Below are positions 19,226 through 28,370 of a stretch of DNA of 64,000 nt, piece after piece. Numbering within the stretch: position 1 is the first letter of the stretch; each line of letters begins with the position of its first letter. The position numbers and the translations under genes were made by a program. The notes beneath the pieces were generated by a model. The model worked only from the letters and a program-made list of their open reading frames with translations, did no database searches and had not been told where the DNA came from. Source of the stretch: a virus (Duplodnaviria > Caudoviricetes); the IMG/VR virus record IMGVR_UViG_3300049192_000016, positions 26,666-90,665 of that record; one strand, written 5' to 3'.

Positions 19226-19477
19226 ATGGGAAAACATTTACATTCTGCAAAACTGAGTGAAACATTAACCCTTTCTCTTTGCACCGATGGATTTTGGCTT
19301 TATGATAAAACTCTTGGAATGAATCTTTCCATGAAAGCTAGTACGTCAGAATCCGCATTTGTGGAAGCTTTAACATATTATCAAAATCGATTGGTGGAAG
19401 TGGAGAGTAAGTATAAATCCTTGCAATCAAAGGTTGATGCTTTCGTTAGTCAATTGGTTGAGGAAGATGAGGAATAA
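19226..19477 (+). CDS. hypothetical protein
   Basis: ORF in operon; C-terminal coiled coil. Confidence 0.6.
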   Translation: MGKHLHSAKLSETLTLSLCTDGFWLYDKTLGMNLSMKASTSESAFVEALTYYQNRLVEVESKYKSLQSKVDAFVSQLVEEDEE

Positions 19478-19480
19478 ATC

Positions 19481-19732
19481 ATGCCAACAATCGGCCCATA
19501 CAAAGTAACCTCAAGCAATCCAGTCATTTCCAAGACTCGGGGAGTAAGCTATCCCTCCTATGTCAGGATAGTTAAGGAAGGCGTAGAATTGGCCTGTGTA
19601 CGAAGCGAAAAGGGTAATCTATGGCATAGGGTGAGGAAGTATGCACAAGCGCCTGAGAGGCATGAATTGATGCGGCAGCTACATGTTGCAGGTGTGAGTC
19701 AAGCTGACGTTGAAATGTTGTTTAAACTTTAA
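19481..19732 (+). CDS. hypothetical protein
   Basis: GAGG RBS. Confidence 0.6.
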   Translation: MPTIGPYKVTSSNPVISKTRGVSYPSYVRIVKEGVELACVRSEKGNLWHRVRKYAQAPERHELMRQLHVAGVSQADVEMLFKL

Positions 19733-19745
19733 GATTGGAGATATC

Positions 19746-19907
19746 ATGTATAAGCAAATCGAAGGAATGATGTCAGCAGAAGTTGACTATCTCGGCGACG
19801 TACTATTTTTCCTGCATGGACGTTGTCTATCGGAGAGCGGGTTGCCTACAGGAGGGACATATAAACTGCTAAAGGATGTTATTGAGTACACAAAGGCCAA
19901 CTCCTGA
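19746..19907 (+). CDS. hypothetical protein
   Basis: GGAG RBS before ATG 19746. Confidence 0.55.
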   Translation: MYKQIEGMMSAEVDYLGDVLFFLHGRCLSESGLPTGGTYKLLKDVIEYTKANS

Positions 19908-19912
19908 CAAAT

Positions 19913-19937
19913 GCCCGCTCCGTGCGGGTTTCTTTTT
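19913..19937 (+). terminator. rho-independent terminator
   Basis: GCCCGC-TCCGT-GCGGGT followed by a T-rich tract. Confidence 0.8.
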
Positions 19938-20162
19938 GTTCACTAATTTCTCTCTTAACAGAAATGTCTGAATTATTGTGACGCGTCACTTTTATTAGGT
20001 TAGTGTTCACTAACGTTAGTAGGTACTAACATCAAACCCGAACTCGCGCTCTATTCTTGCTATATAGAAGTAGACCAAATGGTCTAGATGATGACTAGCG
20101 AACACTAGTTTCTTTACAGCAACTATACAGCAATATGTTGCATAATAGCAACGAAACAAGGG

Positions 20163-20223
20163 TTATCCACAGTATCTTGACAGAATGTTAATAGATAGCT
20201 CTGTGAAGGCCCAGTTATCCACA
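20163..20223 (+). promoter_or_regulatory. two perfect DnaA-box 9-mers (TTATCCACA) in direct orientation
   Basis: TTATCCACA at 20163-20171 and 20215-20223, inside a ~700-bp non-coding region. Confidence 0.55.
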
Positions 20224-20564
20224 TAACCTCAAAATCGACTAAGAATTAAACGCCCGTTTCGATTCTTTACCTGTTTGAAATCAAGGCTTTAGACGCGTCA
20301 TTGATAATGCAGGTAGGAGGGTACTAGTGTTGATTTGATCGTTGAATCAGGCGCGATCTGACGCCTTTTGAAAGGGGTTTTGAGAGTGTTCTTGCCCAGT
20401 CATTAAGCCTTTGAGGATATTTTGAAATCGTGTAATTTTGTCAATTTCCTAGGAGCAACAGGGGTTAAACAGTACACGCAGTTTTGTATGATATTTATCC
20501 AAAAGAAATATTTCTTGTAAAAATAAAACAGCAGTTAAACTAAAAATTTTATAAATAAAAATTC

Positions 20565-20602
20565 AAAAAAAAAAACGCACAAAGGATTTCTCCAATGTGC
20601 GC
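20565..20602 (-). terminator. rho-independent terminator of the recombinase gene
   Basis: Minus strand GCGCACA-N14-TGTGCGT followed by a long T run. Confidence 0.75.
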
Positions 20603-20620
20603 TAAATTAAAATTTTAAAA

Positions 20621-21283
20621 TTATTTCCAGCGAGAAACTAAATTAATTACAGTTTGAGAGTACCACAATCCGCCTCTTGCTGTAAGAGTCCCACAAGAGT
20701 TTAATTCCGCAGCAATTGCTTTAAAACTCATCTTGTCCCTCAACATTCGTTCAATAGTGGGTCGAAGTTTTTCAGCAAATCTATCCGCCTTGCTCTTGAT
20801 AGACTCTACCGCAATCTCCCTAGCTTCGTTTAAGTTAGTGCGATTACCAAGAAGAACACCTCTAGCTTTAGCGGCAGCTAATCCAGCCTTAGTTCGTTCG
20901 CTACCTACAGAAGCCTCCTTCTCAGCAATACCTTGCATGATATGTTGTACAAATCCATCTGCTTTTTCTCCTAAAGCAATAGACATCACTAGTTTTTTCT
21001 TTTGCATCAACTCCCTAGAAACACCAGCGTCCCTACTGCAACGGTCCTCCTTTGTTACAACTACTTGACATTTCAACTTCCTTGCCATGGAGATTGCAGC
21101 TTGTAACACTGGACGATCATGCAGAGGAAGTCTACCACTACCCACTTCCTCTAGTATTGTCACAAGGTTGTATCCATTGTAGGAAGCCCATCGTTCAATC
21201 TCAGCCCTTTGACTTTCAAGACCATTTCGTGTCTCCCCTTGCATACGGGTACTTACTCTAACAAGACCTATGATATTTTTCAT
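20621..21283 (-). CDS. small serine recombinase (resolvase/invertase family) with C-terminal DNA-binding domain
   Basis: IGLVRVST (catalytic Ser), EEVGSG, DRCSR, ERTKAGL, and IAAELN...TARGGLW C-terminus. Confidence 0.9.
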   Translation of the reverse strand: MKNIIGLVRVSTRMQGETRNGLESQRAEIERWASYNGYNLVTILEEVGSGRLPLHDRPVLQAAISMARKLKCQVVVTKEDRCSRDAGVSRELMQKKKLVMSIALGEKADGFVQHIMQGIAEKEASVGSERTKAGLAAAKARGVLLGNRTNLNEAREIAVESIKSKADRFAEKLRPTIERMLRDKMSFKAIAAELNSCGTLTARGGLWYSQTVINLVSRWK

Positions 21284-21313
21284 ACAAACACCTCTTAGTA
21301 ATTTGATGAAGGT

Positions 21314-21342
21314 ATCATATCATTTAGATTTTATACTGTCAA
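21314..21342 (-). promoter_or_regulatory. sigma70-type promoter for the recombinase
   Basis: TTGACA(21342-21337)-N17-TATGAT, overlapping the 3' end of the HNH gene. Confidence 0.75.
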
Positions 21343-22530
21343 GAGCCTTCGTGAACGTCTTTGTTTGAATTCTTCGGATTGACTGTATTCTTCCCATACG
21401 TCAGGATGGGAATCATTCTTAACAAGATTGCAGAACGCACAAAGCCATTGAAGATTTTCAATGTAATTACTTCCACCGAGAGCAATAGGATGCTTATGGT
21501 CTAAATGTTTCTTAACAAGAAGAAATGATGTGTCACAACAAGCGCATTTGTTATCTTGATCTACAAGAAGTTGCAAAACTTCCTCTTGAGTGTGACTTCC
21601 TTCTGCTTTCTCTCGTTTACCTCTGCGAATCCTGTTATAATGGTTGGCTTTTTCAGGATTCTCTTTTTGGTATTGTAAAGCTTTCTTTAATAGTTCTTCT
21701 CTGTTTTCTTCGTAATACTGGATAGACCTATTTTTAGCATATTGTTTGTATTTATTATCAAACTCTGGACTTTTTCTATCATACACATCGTATTGACCTC
21801 CAGTGATGTTTTGGTAGGTGTACTCATACGTATTACCAGTTTCTTCATATTGTACCATACATAGAAGTGATTCTAAATCCCTACTGATAATAGAGAATTT
21901 CATACCAAGCTTGTCAGTGAATCGTTCACCAACCACTGATAGTATTTCTTTTTCTTTTTGTACTTTCTTTTCTTGTTTCTTTAGTTGTGCCTCTTGTTTT
22001 TTAACTAGGGCAGCGGCTTCTTTTCTCTTCTTTGATAGTCGTTCTTTCTCTATTTTTTGTTTTGTTTTTTCAATCTTTTTTTGTTTTTCTTTTTCGGCTG
22101 AAATTCGTTTCTTCTCTTTTACATCATGAAGCAATCCTTTCAGTAAAGCATCTTTTTGAACAGCTTGAGTATTTCCTGTGTTAACAAATTTCACAATAAC
22201 TTTTTTGCAGGAAATATATTCTTCAACAACAACATCACCATAAAAGTTAGTTTTGAAAATTGTTCCAGTAGGGATGGTAGCAGCCTCCTTCTTAGGAGAA
22301 GGGTATTTATTCTCTGCACCATTCTTTTTGTATTGTTTGTTGTCTCTTACTTTACCAATAGCTAAATCAGCACTACGGCAAGTTTGTGTGTTCCCTGTGT
22401 TAACAAATCGAATTCTTATTTTATTTGAATTTGTATTGTCTAGTATTTCCACATCGCCCCAATAGGATGTGGGATATTTCTCACCAACTTCAAAGTTGTA
22501 TTTCCTTGGTCTGTTAGATGTGTTTTCCAT
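21331..22530 (-). CDS. freestanding HNH homing endonuclease with N-terminal repeats and a Lys-rich coiled coil
   Basis: CACC...HLDHKHPIALGGSNYIENLQWLCAFCNLVK; two TxxGDVxxxxxxxxxKxxxxFVNTGNTQ repeats. Confidence 0.88.
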   Translation of the reverse strand: MENTSNRPRKYNFEVGEKYPTSYWGDVEILDNTNSNKIRIRFVNTGNTQTCRSADLAIGKVRDNKQYKKNGAENKYPSPKKEAATIPTGTIFKTNFYGDVVVEEYISCKKVIVKFVNTGNTQAVQKDALLKGLLHDVKEKKRISAEKEKQKKIEKTKQKIEKERLSKKRKEAAALVKKQEAQLKKQEKKVQKEKEILSVVGERFTDKLGMKFSIISRDLESLLCMVQYEETGNTYEYTYQNITGGQYDVYDRKSPEFDNKYKQYAKNRSIQYYEENREELLKKALQYQKENPEKANHYNRIRRGKREKAEGSHTQEEVLQLLVDQDNKCACCDTSFLLVKKHLDHKHPIALGGSNYIENLQWLCAFCNLVKNDSHPDVWEEYSQSEEFKQRRSRRLLTV

Positions 22531-22586
22531 AATTTCTCCAATAGAAAAAGGGAACTCAAAGGTTCCCTCATTGTTTAACTTAGAGA

Positions 22587-22615
22587 ATTATATCATAGCT
22601 AAACCATCTTGTCAA
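22587..22615 (-). promoter_or_regulatory. sigma70-type promoter for the HNH gene
   Basis: TTGACA-N17-TATAAT, perfect consensus with an extended TG. Confidence 0.85.
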
Positions 22616-23029
22616 CTTTCAACAATTATACACAACTCCATCCCAGCCATTTCCCCACTTCCATTTTCATCACTCCAATGTCCCAATTATAATATCCAGC
22701 ACGTTGTACAAGACGTTCCTCAATCACAACAAGACACTCTTCAGAAAGCTTCAACTCCTCTTTAGCCCACAGAAGAACAATTTCAATATTTTCTTCCATC
22801 AATATTTCCTTCGTTGCTTGTAGAATTTCCTGCCATACCCTTTTGTTGGCTTAGAGAACAACATTGCCACAAGACACACACCAAACACCAATCCTAAGAA
22901 GTCCATTTAATATTTCCTTTCAAGGCAATGAGAATTACCAGCAACCAATATTTCCAGTCTGTAAAATCTACAGGGTATAGTTGTGATATGGTAGCTCCGA
23001 TTGCACTACAAAGCAAGATGTCAATCATT

Positions 23030-23215
23030 TTAATACAACCTAAGAGAAGTGATTTCAAATTTACTCGGAATGTTGTTCTTGTTCTGCATCAAGTAGGAAA
23101 ACAGTTCCATAGCTTCATCTTCCGTTTCAAACAGTTGCAGATTTATAATTTCTTTTAATCCATTGTTATTGAACACGACGCAGTAATATTTTGTTATGTG
23201 ATTTGTTTCAATCAT
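23030..23215 (-). CDS. hypothetical protein
   Basis: ORF overlapping the upstream stop. Confidence 0.5.
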   Translation of the reverse strand: MIETNHITKYYCVVFNNNGLKEIINLQLFETEDEAMELFSYLMQNKNNIPSKFEITSLRLY

Positions 23216-23760
23216 TTATATTCCCCTCCAAGTTCATAGAACCTACGTAAGAATTCTTTCTTACTCTTTTCTGCACTCCACGGCACAATAATAAACTGAG
23301 CAGCCTCTACATTCTTCCCATTATAAATAAGTCCTTGTGGACACAATGGCTGAAGGTATTTTCGCTCTGCTACAAAAACAGCATTGTCTGCGTCTTTTAT
23401 CATTGATTCCATTGGGAATGGTAATCCATATTTCTCAAAGATTGCTTTCTCCACTTTGTACTCAATCTTCCGATAATCTGGAAGAAGTTGTTTGAGTGGT
23501 TTTGCAATATCGTTCAAGAAAGCCTCTGACACGTCATGCATAAGTCCAACAAGCTGAATATCTTTTGGATAACCTTGTTGTTCAAGATAGACGGACACGT
23601 ACCAAGAATGTTGTGCAACATTGTAGGCCACTTCAGAGCTACCTGTAAAACGGTTAATATGTGAAAGGTTATGTGCAACGTCTTCTATGGAGTACACAGA
23701 GGTTTCAGGAGCTTCAAAGTTGAAGAAGCCTCCGTTGTATAGGTGGATGTAATTATTCAA
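23212..23760 (-). CDS. HD-superfamily phosphohydrolase (YfbR/YfdR-like deoxynucleotidase)
   Basis: AHNLSHINRFTG, VAQHS, LMHDVSEAFLNDIAKPLK, DADN motifs. Confidence 0.85.
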   Translation of the reverse strand: MNNYIHLYNGGFFNFEAPETSVYSIEDVAHNLSHINRFTGSSEVAYNVAQHSWYVSVYLEQQGYPKDIQLVGLMHDVSEAFLNDIAKPLKQLLPDYRKIEYKVEKAIFEKYGLPFPMESMIKDADNAVFVAERKYLQPLCPQGLIYNGKNVEAAQFIIVPWSAEKSKKEFLRRFYELGGEYK

Positions 23761-24308
23761 GCTTGTTGCTCCTTAATTTTCTTCATAACATCTTCCAAAC
23801 TGAGTGGTGTGTAATTAATTTGCTCTACACTCACACAGAAGTAACGACTGTCGATTTCTTCCCATACGGTTGATCCGTTCCAATGTGTTAGCTTCACCCT
23901 TTGACTATGCAAATGGCCGTGGATATTCCCTTTCCATCTCTCATGCACACTCATTGGATGCAGAGGGATATGCGACAAAATATAATCATTCAGTTTATGA
24001 CTGCCACGAATGTCTTTGAAATATTTTAGATATTCTTCTGCACGGAAAACGTCATGATTACCTTTAATCAACACTTTCTCTCCGTTCAATCTTTCCAGAA
24101 TTGGCAGTGCAGAGCGATTAATAACAACATCCCCTAAATGATAAACCTTGTCTTTTGGACGTACAACACTATTCCAGTTCTTTACAAGAGCTTCATCCAT
24201 GTCTTCAACATTATCCCATGGACGTTCTTTCGTAACTCCGTCTTTACGGAGAAATTGAGTAATTCCGCGATGACTGAAATGTGTGTCACTGATTAAAAAC
24301 GTATTCAT
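23757..24308 (-). CDS. calcineurin-like metallophosphoesterase
   Basis: ISDTHFSH, HLGD, KGNHD, LSHIP, HGHLH motifs. Confidence 0.9.
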   Translation of the reverse strand: MNTFLISDTHFSHRGITQFLRKDGVTKERPWDNVEDMDEALVKNWNSVVRPKDKVYHLGDVVINRSALPILERLNGEKVLIKGNHDVFRAEEYLKYFKDIRGSHKLNDYILSHIPLHPMSVHERWKGNIHGHLHSQRVKLTHWNGSTVWEEIDSRYFCVSVEQINYTPLSLEDVMKKIKEQQA

Positions 24309-24499
24309 TCATCCTCCAATTCAATTTCCCCAATAAACATTTGATAACGTTTATTGTTTGTGTTGTATTCTTTACACACTTGTTCAGCTTTGCTCCGTGT
24401 GACATAGGCTTTCACAGGTTGGTCATATCCATAGCATTTCTCTTCCATTACGAGATAAATTTTCTTAGGAATTGTTCTCATTTGTTCCTCCTTGTTCAT
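24305..24499 (-). CDS. hypothetical protein
   Basis: ORF overlapping the next gene. Confidence 0.5.
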   Translation of the reverse strand: MNKEEQMRTIPKKIYLVMEEKCYGYDQPVKAYVTRSKAEQVCKEYNTNNKRYQMFIGEIELEDE

Positions 24500-24548
24500 A
24501 ACAAATACATAGTATCATTCTGTTTGAGATGTTGCAAGCGTTTTGTGC

Positions 24549-24573
24549 AAAATAAAAGCCGCTCTAAGGCGGC
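24549..24573 (-). terminator. rho-independent terminator
   Basis: GCCGC-N6-GCGGC followed by a T tract on the minus strand. Confidence 0.7.
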
Positions 24574-24578
24574 CCATG

Positions 24579-25211
24579 TTAGTCGTTCAATCCTGCTTTT
24601 TCTGTAGAGTCATCTTCAGACTCTTCCTTTTCGTCTTGTCGCAGCATATTACGAAGTTTCAAACGTTCCATGCATTCTTCCGGGGTAAGCCAGATTTCCA
24701 GTCCGTTGTACAGACGTTCAAACTCTTGTGCAGTGAGAAAATCTTTGTACAAATCATTCATCATAGCCTTCAAAGTTTTCATGAAGTGATTTGTAGACGC
24801 TTCCATGTTACCAGAATGCCCGCCGTAGAGCCAGCTTGCAGCGTGAAGCATCACACTTACATAGCGAGAGAACGTTACAACATGGGCCTTCATAAGAATG
24901 AACGTCGCAGCAGAAGCAATGTCACTATCTACGTGTACATGAATAATAGCTTCTGTGTTGTCCATGGCAGACAAGAGAGGAAGAATTGCTTCTACACTAC
25001 CTCCACCAGATGCAAGGCGAATTACAACAATATCATCTGGCCCTGCTTGCTCCAGAATGTCTACAAGTTGTGCAAACTGCTCTACGTGACGAAACTCTTT
25101 AGAAATCGTTACACGATGTACGAAAGTTTCAGGAGTAGAAAACACCTCGAAAATGTCATCATTTTGTTCAAACAGTTTAGCGATATCGTTGTTTGATTGT
25201 TTGTGTTTCAT
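24579..25211 (-). CDS. ClpP-like (S14) protease
   Basis: IRLASGGGSV, IASAAT (Ser), MLHAAS (His), GLEIWLTPEE. Confidence 0.8.
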   Translation of the reverse strand: MKHKQSNNDIAKLFEQNDDIFEVFSTPETFVHRVTISKEFRHVEQFAQLVDILEQAGPDDIVVIRLASGGGSVEAILPLLSAMDNTEAIIHVHVDSDIASAATFILMKAHVVTFSRYVSVMLHAASWLYGGHSGNMEASTNHFMKTLKAMMNDLYKDFLTAQEFERLYNGLEIWLTPEECMERLKLRNMLRQDEKEESEDDSTEKAGLND

Positions 25212-25220
25212 TGTTGCTCC

Positions 25221-26003
25221 TTAGTTATGATGATACATCTTGACAAACGCACGGCACAAACCAGACCTGACAACATCGTGCATCGTATAGTTTACAACAC
25301 CAGTGTTAAATTCCAGTTCATTCAAATCTTCTTCTGTCATGTATGCTGGCCGGTCTTCTACAGTTTTGTTGATTAAATTTACTGTGTGTAGTAAACCGCT
25401 ATCCGCTTTCAAATCTGTCTGTTTTTGGTCGCCTGTCAGTATTAGTTGGCAGTTATCACCAAGACGGGAAAGTAACATTTCAAATTCGTCTGAAGTCATG
25501 TTCTGCACTTCTTCTGCAATGACAACAGCATTATCAATAGACAACCCACGCATGTGTTCTAGGCTTTGCATATAGATAGTACCCTTTTCAAGTGCATAAT
25601 GACAGAAACCTTTCCCCATGAAAGTAGACAAATGAGCAAGAGTTTGTGTGAAGAACACAGAAAGTTTCATGTTCAAATCTCCGGGAAGCATTCCCAGAGA
25701 TTTACCAGTAGAAACGTTAGGACGTACAAGCACAATACGTTCAATTTGTTTCTTTCGTAATTGCTCTGCCGCATGATGGGCAGCAAGGAAAGATTTCCCA
25801 CTACCGGCAGCACCAATTGCCCAAATCACTTTCCTACCTTCGTTTTGGTATTTCAGTTGCAAAGCTTGGTTTTTCGTTTGTGCTACAAGTTTCTGTGCTG
25901 CTGTTTGTTTTGGTTCTTCTGTTACAAACTTTTCTTTGTGATGAACAGTCTTATCCTGCTCAATTTTGTCTTTACGTGTAAAACGGTGCGCACCTTTACT
26001 CAC
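25221..26003 (-). CDS. phoH: PhoH-like ATPase
   Basis: Walker A GAAGSGKS, LVRPNV, RGLSIDN, EEVQN, GDQKQ, VVRSG motifs. Confidence 0.92.
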   Translation of the reverse strand: MSKGAHRFTRKDKIEQDKTVHHKEKFVTEEPKQTAAQKLVAQTKNQALQLKYQNEGRKVIWAIGAAGSGKSFLAAHHAAEQLRKKQIERIVLVRPNVSTGKSLGMLPGDLNMKLSVFFTQTLAHLSTFMGKGFCHYALEKGTIYMQSLEHMRGLSIDNAVVIAEEVQNMTSDEFEMLLSRLGDNCQLILTGDQKQTDLKADSGLLHTVNLINKTVEDRPAYMTEEDLNELEFNTGVVNYTMHDVVRSGLCRAFVKMYHHN

Positions 26004-26022
26004 GTATTACCTCCAATTCTTA

Positions 26023-26220
26023 TTAATTAGGCTCCAGCCAAGTGACAAACTGAGGAGCAACATCCAATGTTTCAAATGCTCCAGCAATCGTCAACATGAA
26101 ACGTCCATCAGTTGTCTTGTAGAAGTGTTGAATGTGCCAAAAGTCATTTTCGTACTCTACAACAGTTCCTTGACGCATCTTGTACATTTCTACATCTACG
26201 TTTTCGAACCAGATTTTCAT
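26023..26220 (-). CDS. hypothetical protein
   Basis: ORF in operon. Confidence 0.55.
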   Translation of the reverse strand: MKIWFENVDVEMYKMRQGTVVEYENDFWHIQHFYKTTDGRFMLTIAGAFETLDVAPQFVTWLEPN

Positions 26221-26531
26221 TTTGCTTTAGGCTTTGGGCCACGTTTTACCACTTCAGTTTTACCGAAAACGTCACCTTGTGGTTGTACAGGAGTTACAGG
26301 AATTTCTTTATGTAGTTGATCTTCATTCAAATCAGCCATCAAGGACTCTACAGTGTCATGAGTCACAAACTCTTGCTCCATCACAATCTCGTACAAACCA
26401 GCAATATAGATGGGTTCACGTACTTGAGACACACGATAACCCTGTTTAATTAGTTTTTCCATCTCGTACAATGCAACAGGGAACGATGGTTCTACAATAG
26501 TGATTTCTTCAATTTTATTCGTCATTTTCAA
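26217..26531 (-). CDS. hypothetical protein
   Basis: ORF in operon; basic RGPKPK tail. Confidence 0.55.
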   Translation of the reverse strand: MKMTNKIEEITIVEPSFPVALYEMEKLIKQGYRVSQVREPIYIAGLYEIVMEQEFVTHDTVESLMADLNEDQLHKEIPVTPVQPQGDVFGKTEVVKRGPKPKAK

Positions 26532-26663
26532 CTTCCTCCATAAAAGGCTTCAAAATAGAAACATCAATAGTTTCCGGCTCATCTTCCGCACACTCGTAAG
26601 AATGCACAAAATCTTCAATATCTAGATAACTCAAATTTCCTCCTGTTTGTTCTTGCAAGATGC

Positions 26664-26742
26664 ACATTAGCACATACAACACTTTTTGTCAAGAAATGTG
26701 TAGGCGAGAGAAGTTGACAATTGTTGATTGTTAGTATAAAAT
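26664..26742. promoter_or_regulatory. divergent sigma70 promoter pair at the strand switch
   Basis: Minus: TTGACA(26692-26687)-N17-TAATGT. Plus: TTGACA(26714)-N17-TAAAAT(26737). Confidence 0.75.
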
Positions 26743-26770
26743 CAAGTTATTTTGTCTAAAGGAGACAAAC

Positions 26771-27844
26771 ATGCCTACAATTCCAGATGTAGTTGTTCCA
26801 AAAGCAACTTGGGTCAATCTCTATACACTAACTTCTATAACGGTAGGTACACATATAAGAATTACGAATAAAGGTAGTGACGCTGTTACCATTGCAACCT
26901 CTTCTACACAACCTACAGTTGTACAGCTAGGCGACATGCTAGACGTAGGTGTGAATCAGTCTATGGACATTGCAGCTTCTACAATATCTGCTTGGGCATA
27001 TTCTAGTAATGGTACAACACTATCTGTACAATCTGCAACAAGAGATAAGCAGAGAAATGGTGCTACAATGACAACTTCTGCCCATTCTCATGGAATGCCT
27101 TTTGATCATGCTGTTTCGTTAGGACTGATAACAGGAGTTCGAAGGGTTACGGCACTAGGGAATAACCCTGATATTGATACAACCACTCTTCCAGAGGACG
27201 TATGGCCAGTGGGCGGTATGTACCCTTGGCCTTCTAGTGCTACAACATTGAATATTTTGTGCAGCAATGTGAACGATACGTCTACTGGTACAGGAGCAAG
27301 AACTATTACAATTGCAGGGTTGGATGCTAATTATGCAGAGGTTACGGAAGTTGTAACTCTTGCTACAAATCCTTCTACAACGACTACAATTAATTCATTC
27401 TTACGTGTTAACAGCACGAGTATAACAAGCACAGGAACAGGAAGAATCAATGCTGGAGATATTGATATTCGTAGAACAGGATTCTTGACAGAAATTCTTG
27501 CAAGAATTCCAGCAGGAAAGGGCACGCACAGGTCTTCAGGTTATACAGTACCCGCAGGTCACACTTTGTGTGTGACAAGTATTTTCATTGGTATCAATCG
27601 ACCCACTGTAAAGACAGATGCCAGCGTAGCTACCTACTTCGGTTCTCCTAATGGATTTTACAGACTACCTCTTGAAATTTCCATGGCAGATAATCCTTAC
27701 AGACATGAAGCAAATCCTCCTATTATGGTGTTAGAGAAGAACGATTTCATTCTTCAAGGTTCTTATGTGAGTGAAAGTAATGCAAATATTACAGCCGCTT
27801 GGAATGGATTATTGTATCAAACTTCAGTAGTGAATGTTCCATAA
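26771..27844 (+). CDS. Thr/Ser-rich, probably all-beta protein (possible virion component)
   Basis: AAGGAG RBS; composition like structural beta-sandwich proteins; two apparent domains. Confidence 0.6.
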   Translation: MPTIPDVVVPKATWVNLYTLTSITVGTHIRITNKGSDAVTIATSSTQPTVVQLGDMLDVGVNQSMDIAASTISAWAYSSNGTTLSVQSATRDKQRNGATMTTSAHSHGMPFDHAVSLGLITGVRRVTALGNNPDIDTTTLPEDVWPVGGMYPWPSSATTLNILCSNVNDTSTGTGARTITIAGLDANYAEVTEVVTLATNPSTTTTINSFLRVNSTSITSTGTGRINAGDIDIRRTGFLTEILARIPAGKGTHRSSGYTVPAGHTLCVTSIFIGINRPTVKTDASVATYFGSPNGFYRLPLEISMADNPYRHEANPPIMVLEKNDFILQGSYVSESNANITAAWNGLLYQTSVVNVP

Positions 27845-27845
27845 C

Positions 27846-27874
27846 TTGACAACTGATGAACAATATGATAATAT
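27846..27874 (+). promoter_or_regulatory. sigma70-type promoter
   Basis: TTGACA-N17-TAATAT. Confidence 0.7.
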
Positions 27875-27895
27875 CCTCCATTATTAGGAGGAAAC

Positions 27896-28345
27896 ATGGA
27901 AGAACAGACAAATTCTTCTGTTACCATTGTAGAGGGTGACGAGGAAAAACGCAAGGCAGGAAGACCTGTAGGAACATATAAAAAGCCAGTAGATAGAGGG
28001 AGCTTCCTCAAACAAAATGGTCATGAGTTTGATAAAGTTATCAAAAAGTCAGCCAAACACATTGAAGATGTGATGGAGGCTCTTGCTAAAATAGCAACAG
28101 ATGAGAACGCTTCTAACAGTGAACGCACAAATGCTGGTAAGATTTTCATGGAAAACATGTCCCGCATGGTAGAACAACGCAACAAAGATGATGTGACAAG
28201 GAAAATTGCAGAAATTCGTGTACGGGGGAATATAGGGGCAGGAAGCACGGCAGAAGAGGATGATAGTGAGGGCGCAATTATTGATTTTGACACAATTAAT
28301 CCTGAATTTGCTAACAATGAACAGCAAGAAATACCAAATTCTTGA
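27896..28345 (+). CDS. hypothetical protein, candidate terminase small subunit
   Basis: AGGAGG RBS; KAGRPVG motif followed by helical segments; upstream of the tRNA-terL block. Function is inferred. Confidence 0.4.
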   Translation: MEEQTNSSVTIVEGDEEKRKAGRPVGTYKKPVDRGSFLKQNGHEFDKVIKKSAKHIEDVMEALAKIATDENASNSERTNAGKIFMENMSRMVEQRNKDDVTRKIAEIRVRGNIGAGSTAEEDDSEGAIIDFDTINPEFANNEQQEIPNS

Positions 28346-28370
28346 CAATTTCAAATTTGTGTGTTAAGAT
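28342..28370 (+). promoter_or_regulatory. sigma70-type promoter of the tRNA cluster
   Basis: TTGACA-N17-TAAGAT. Confidence 0.8.

Noticed and set aside
20565-20575. Long poly-A run as an origin or slippage element
   Set aside because: It is the U tract of the minus-strand terminator of the recombinase gene.
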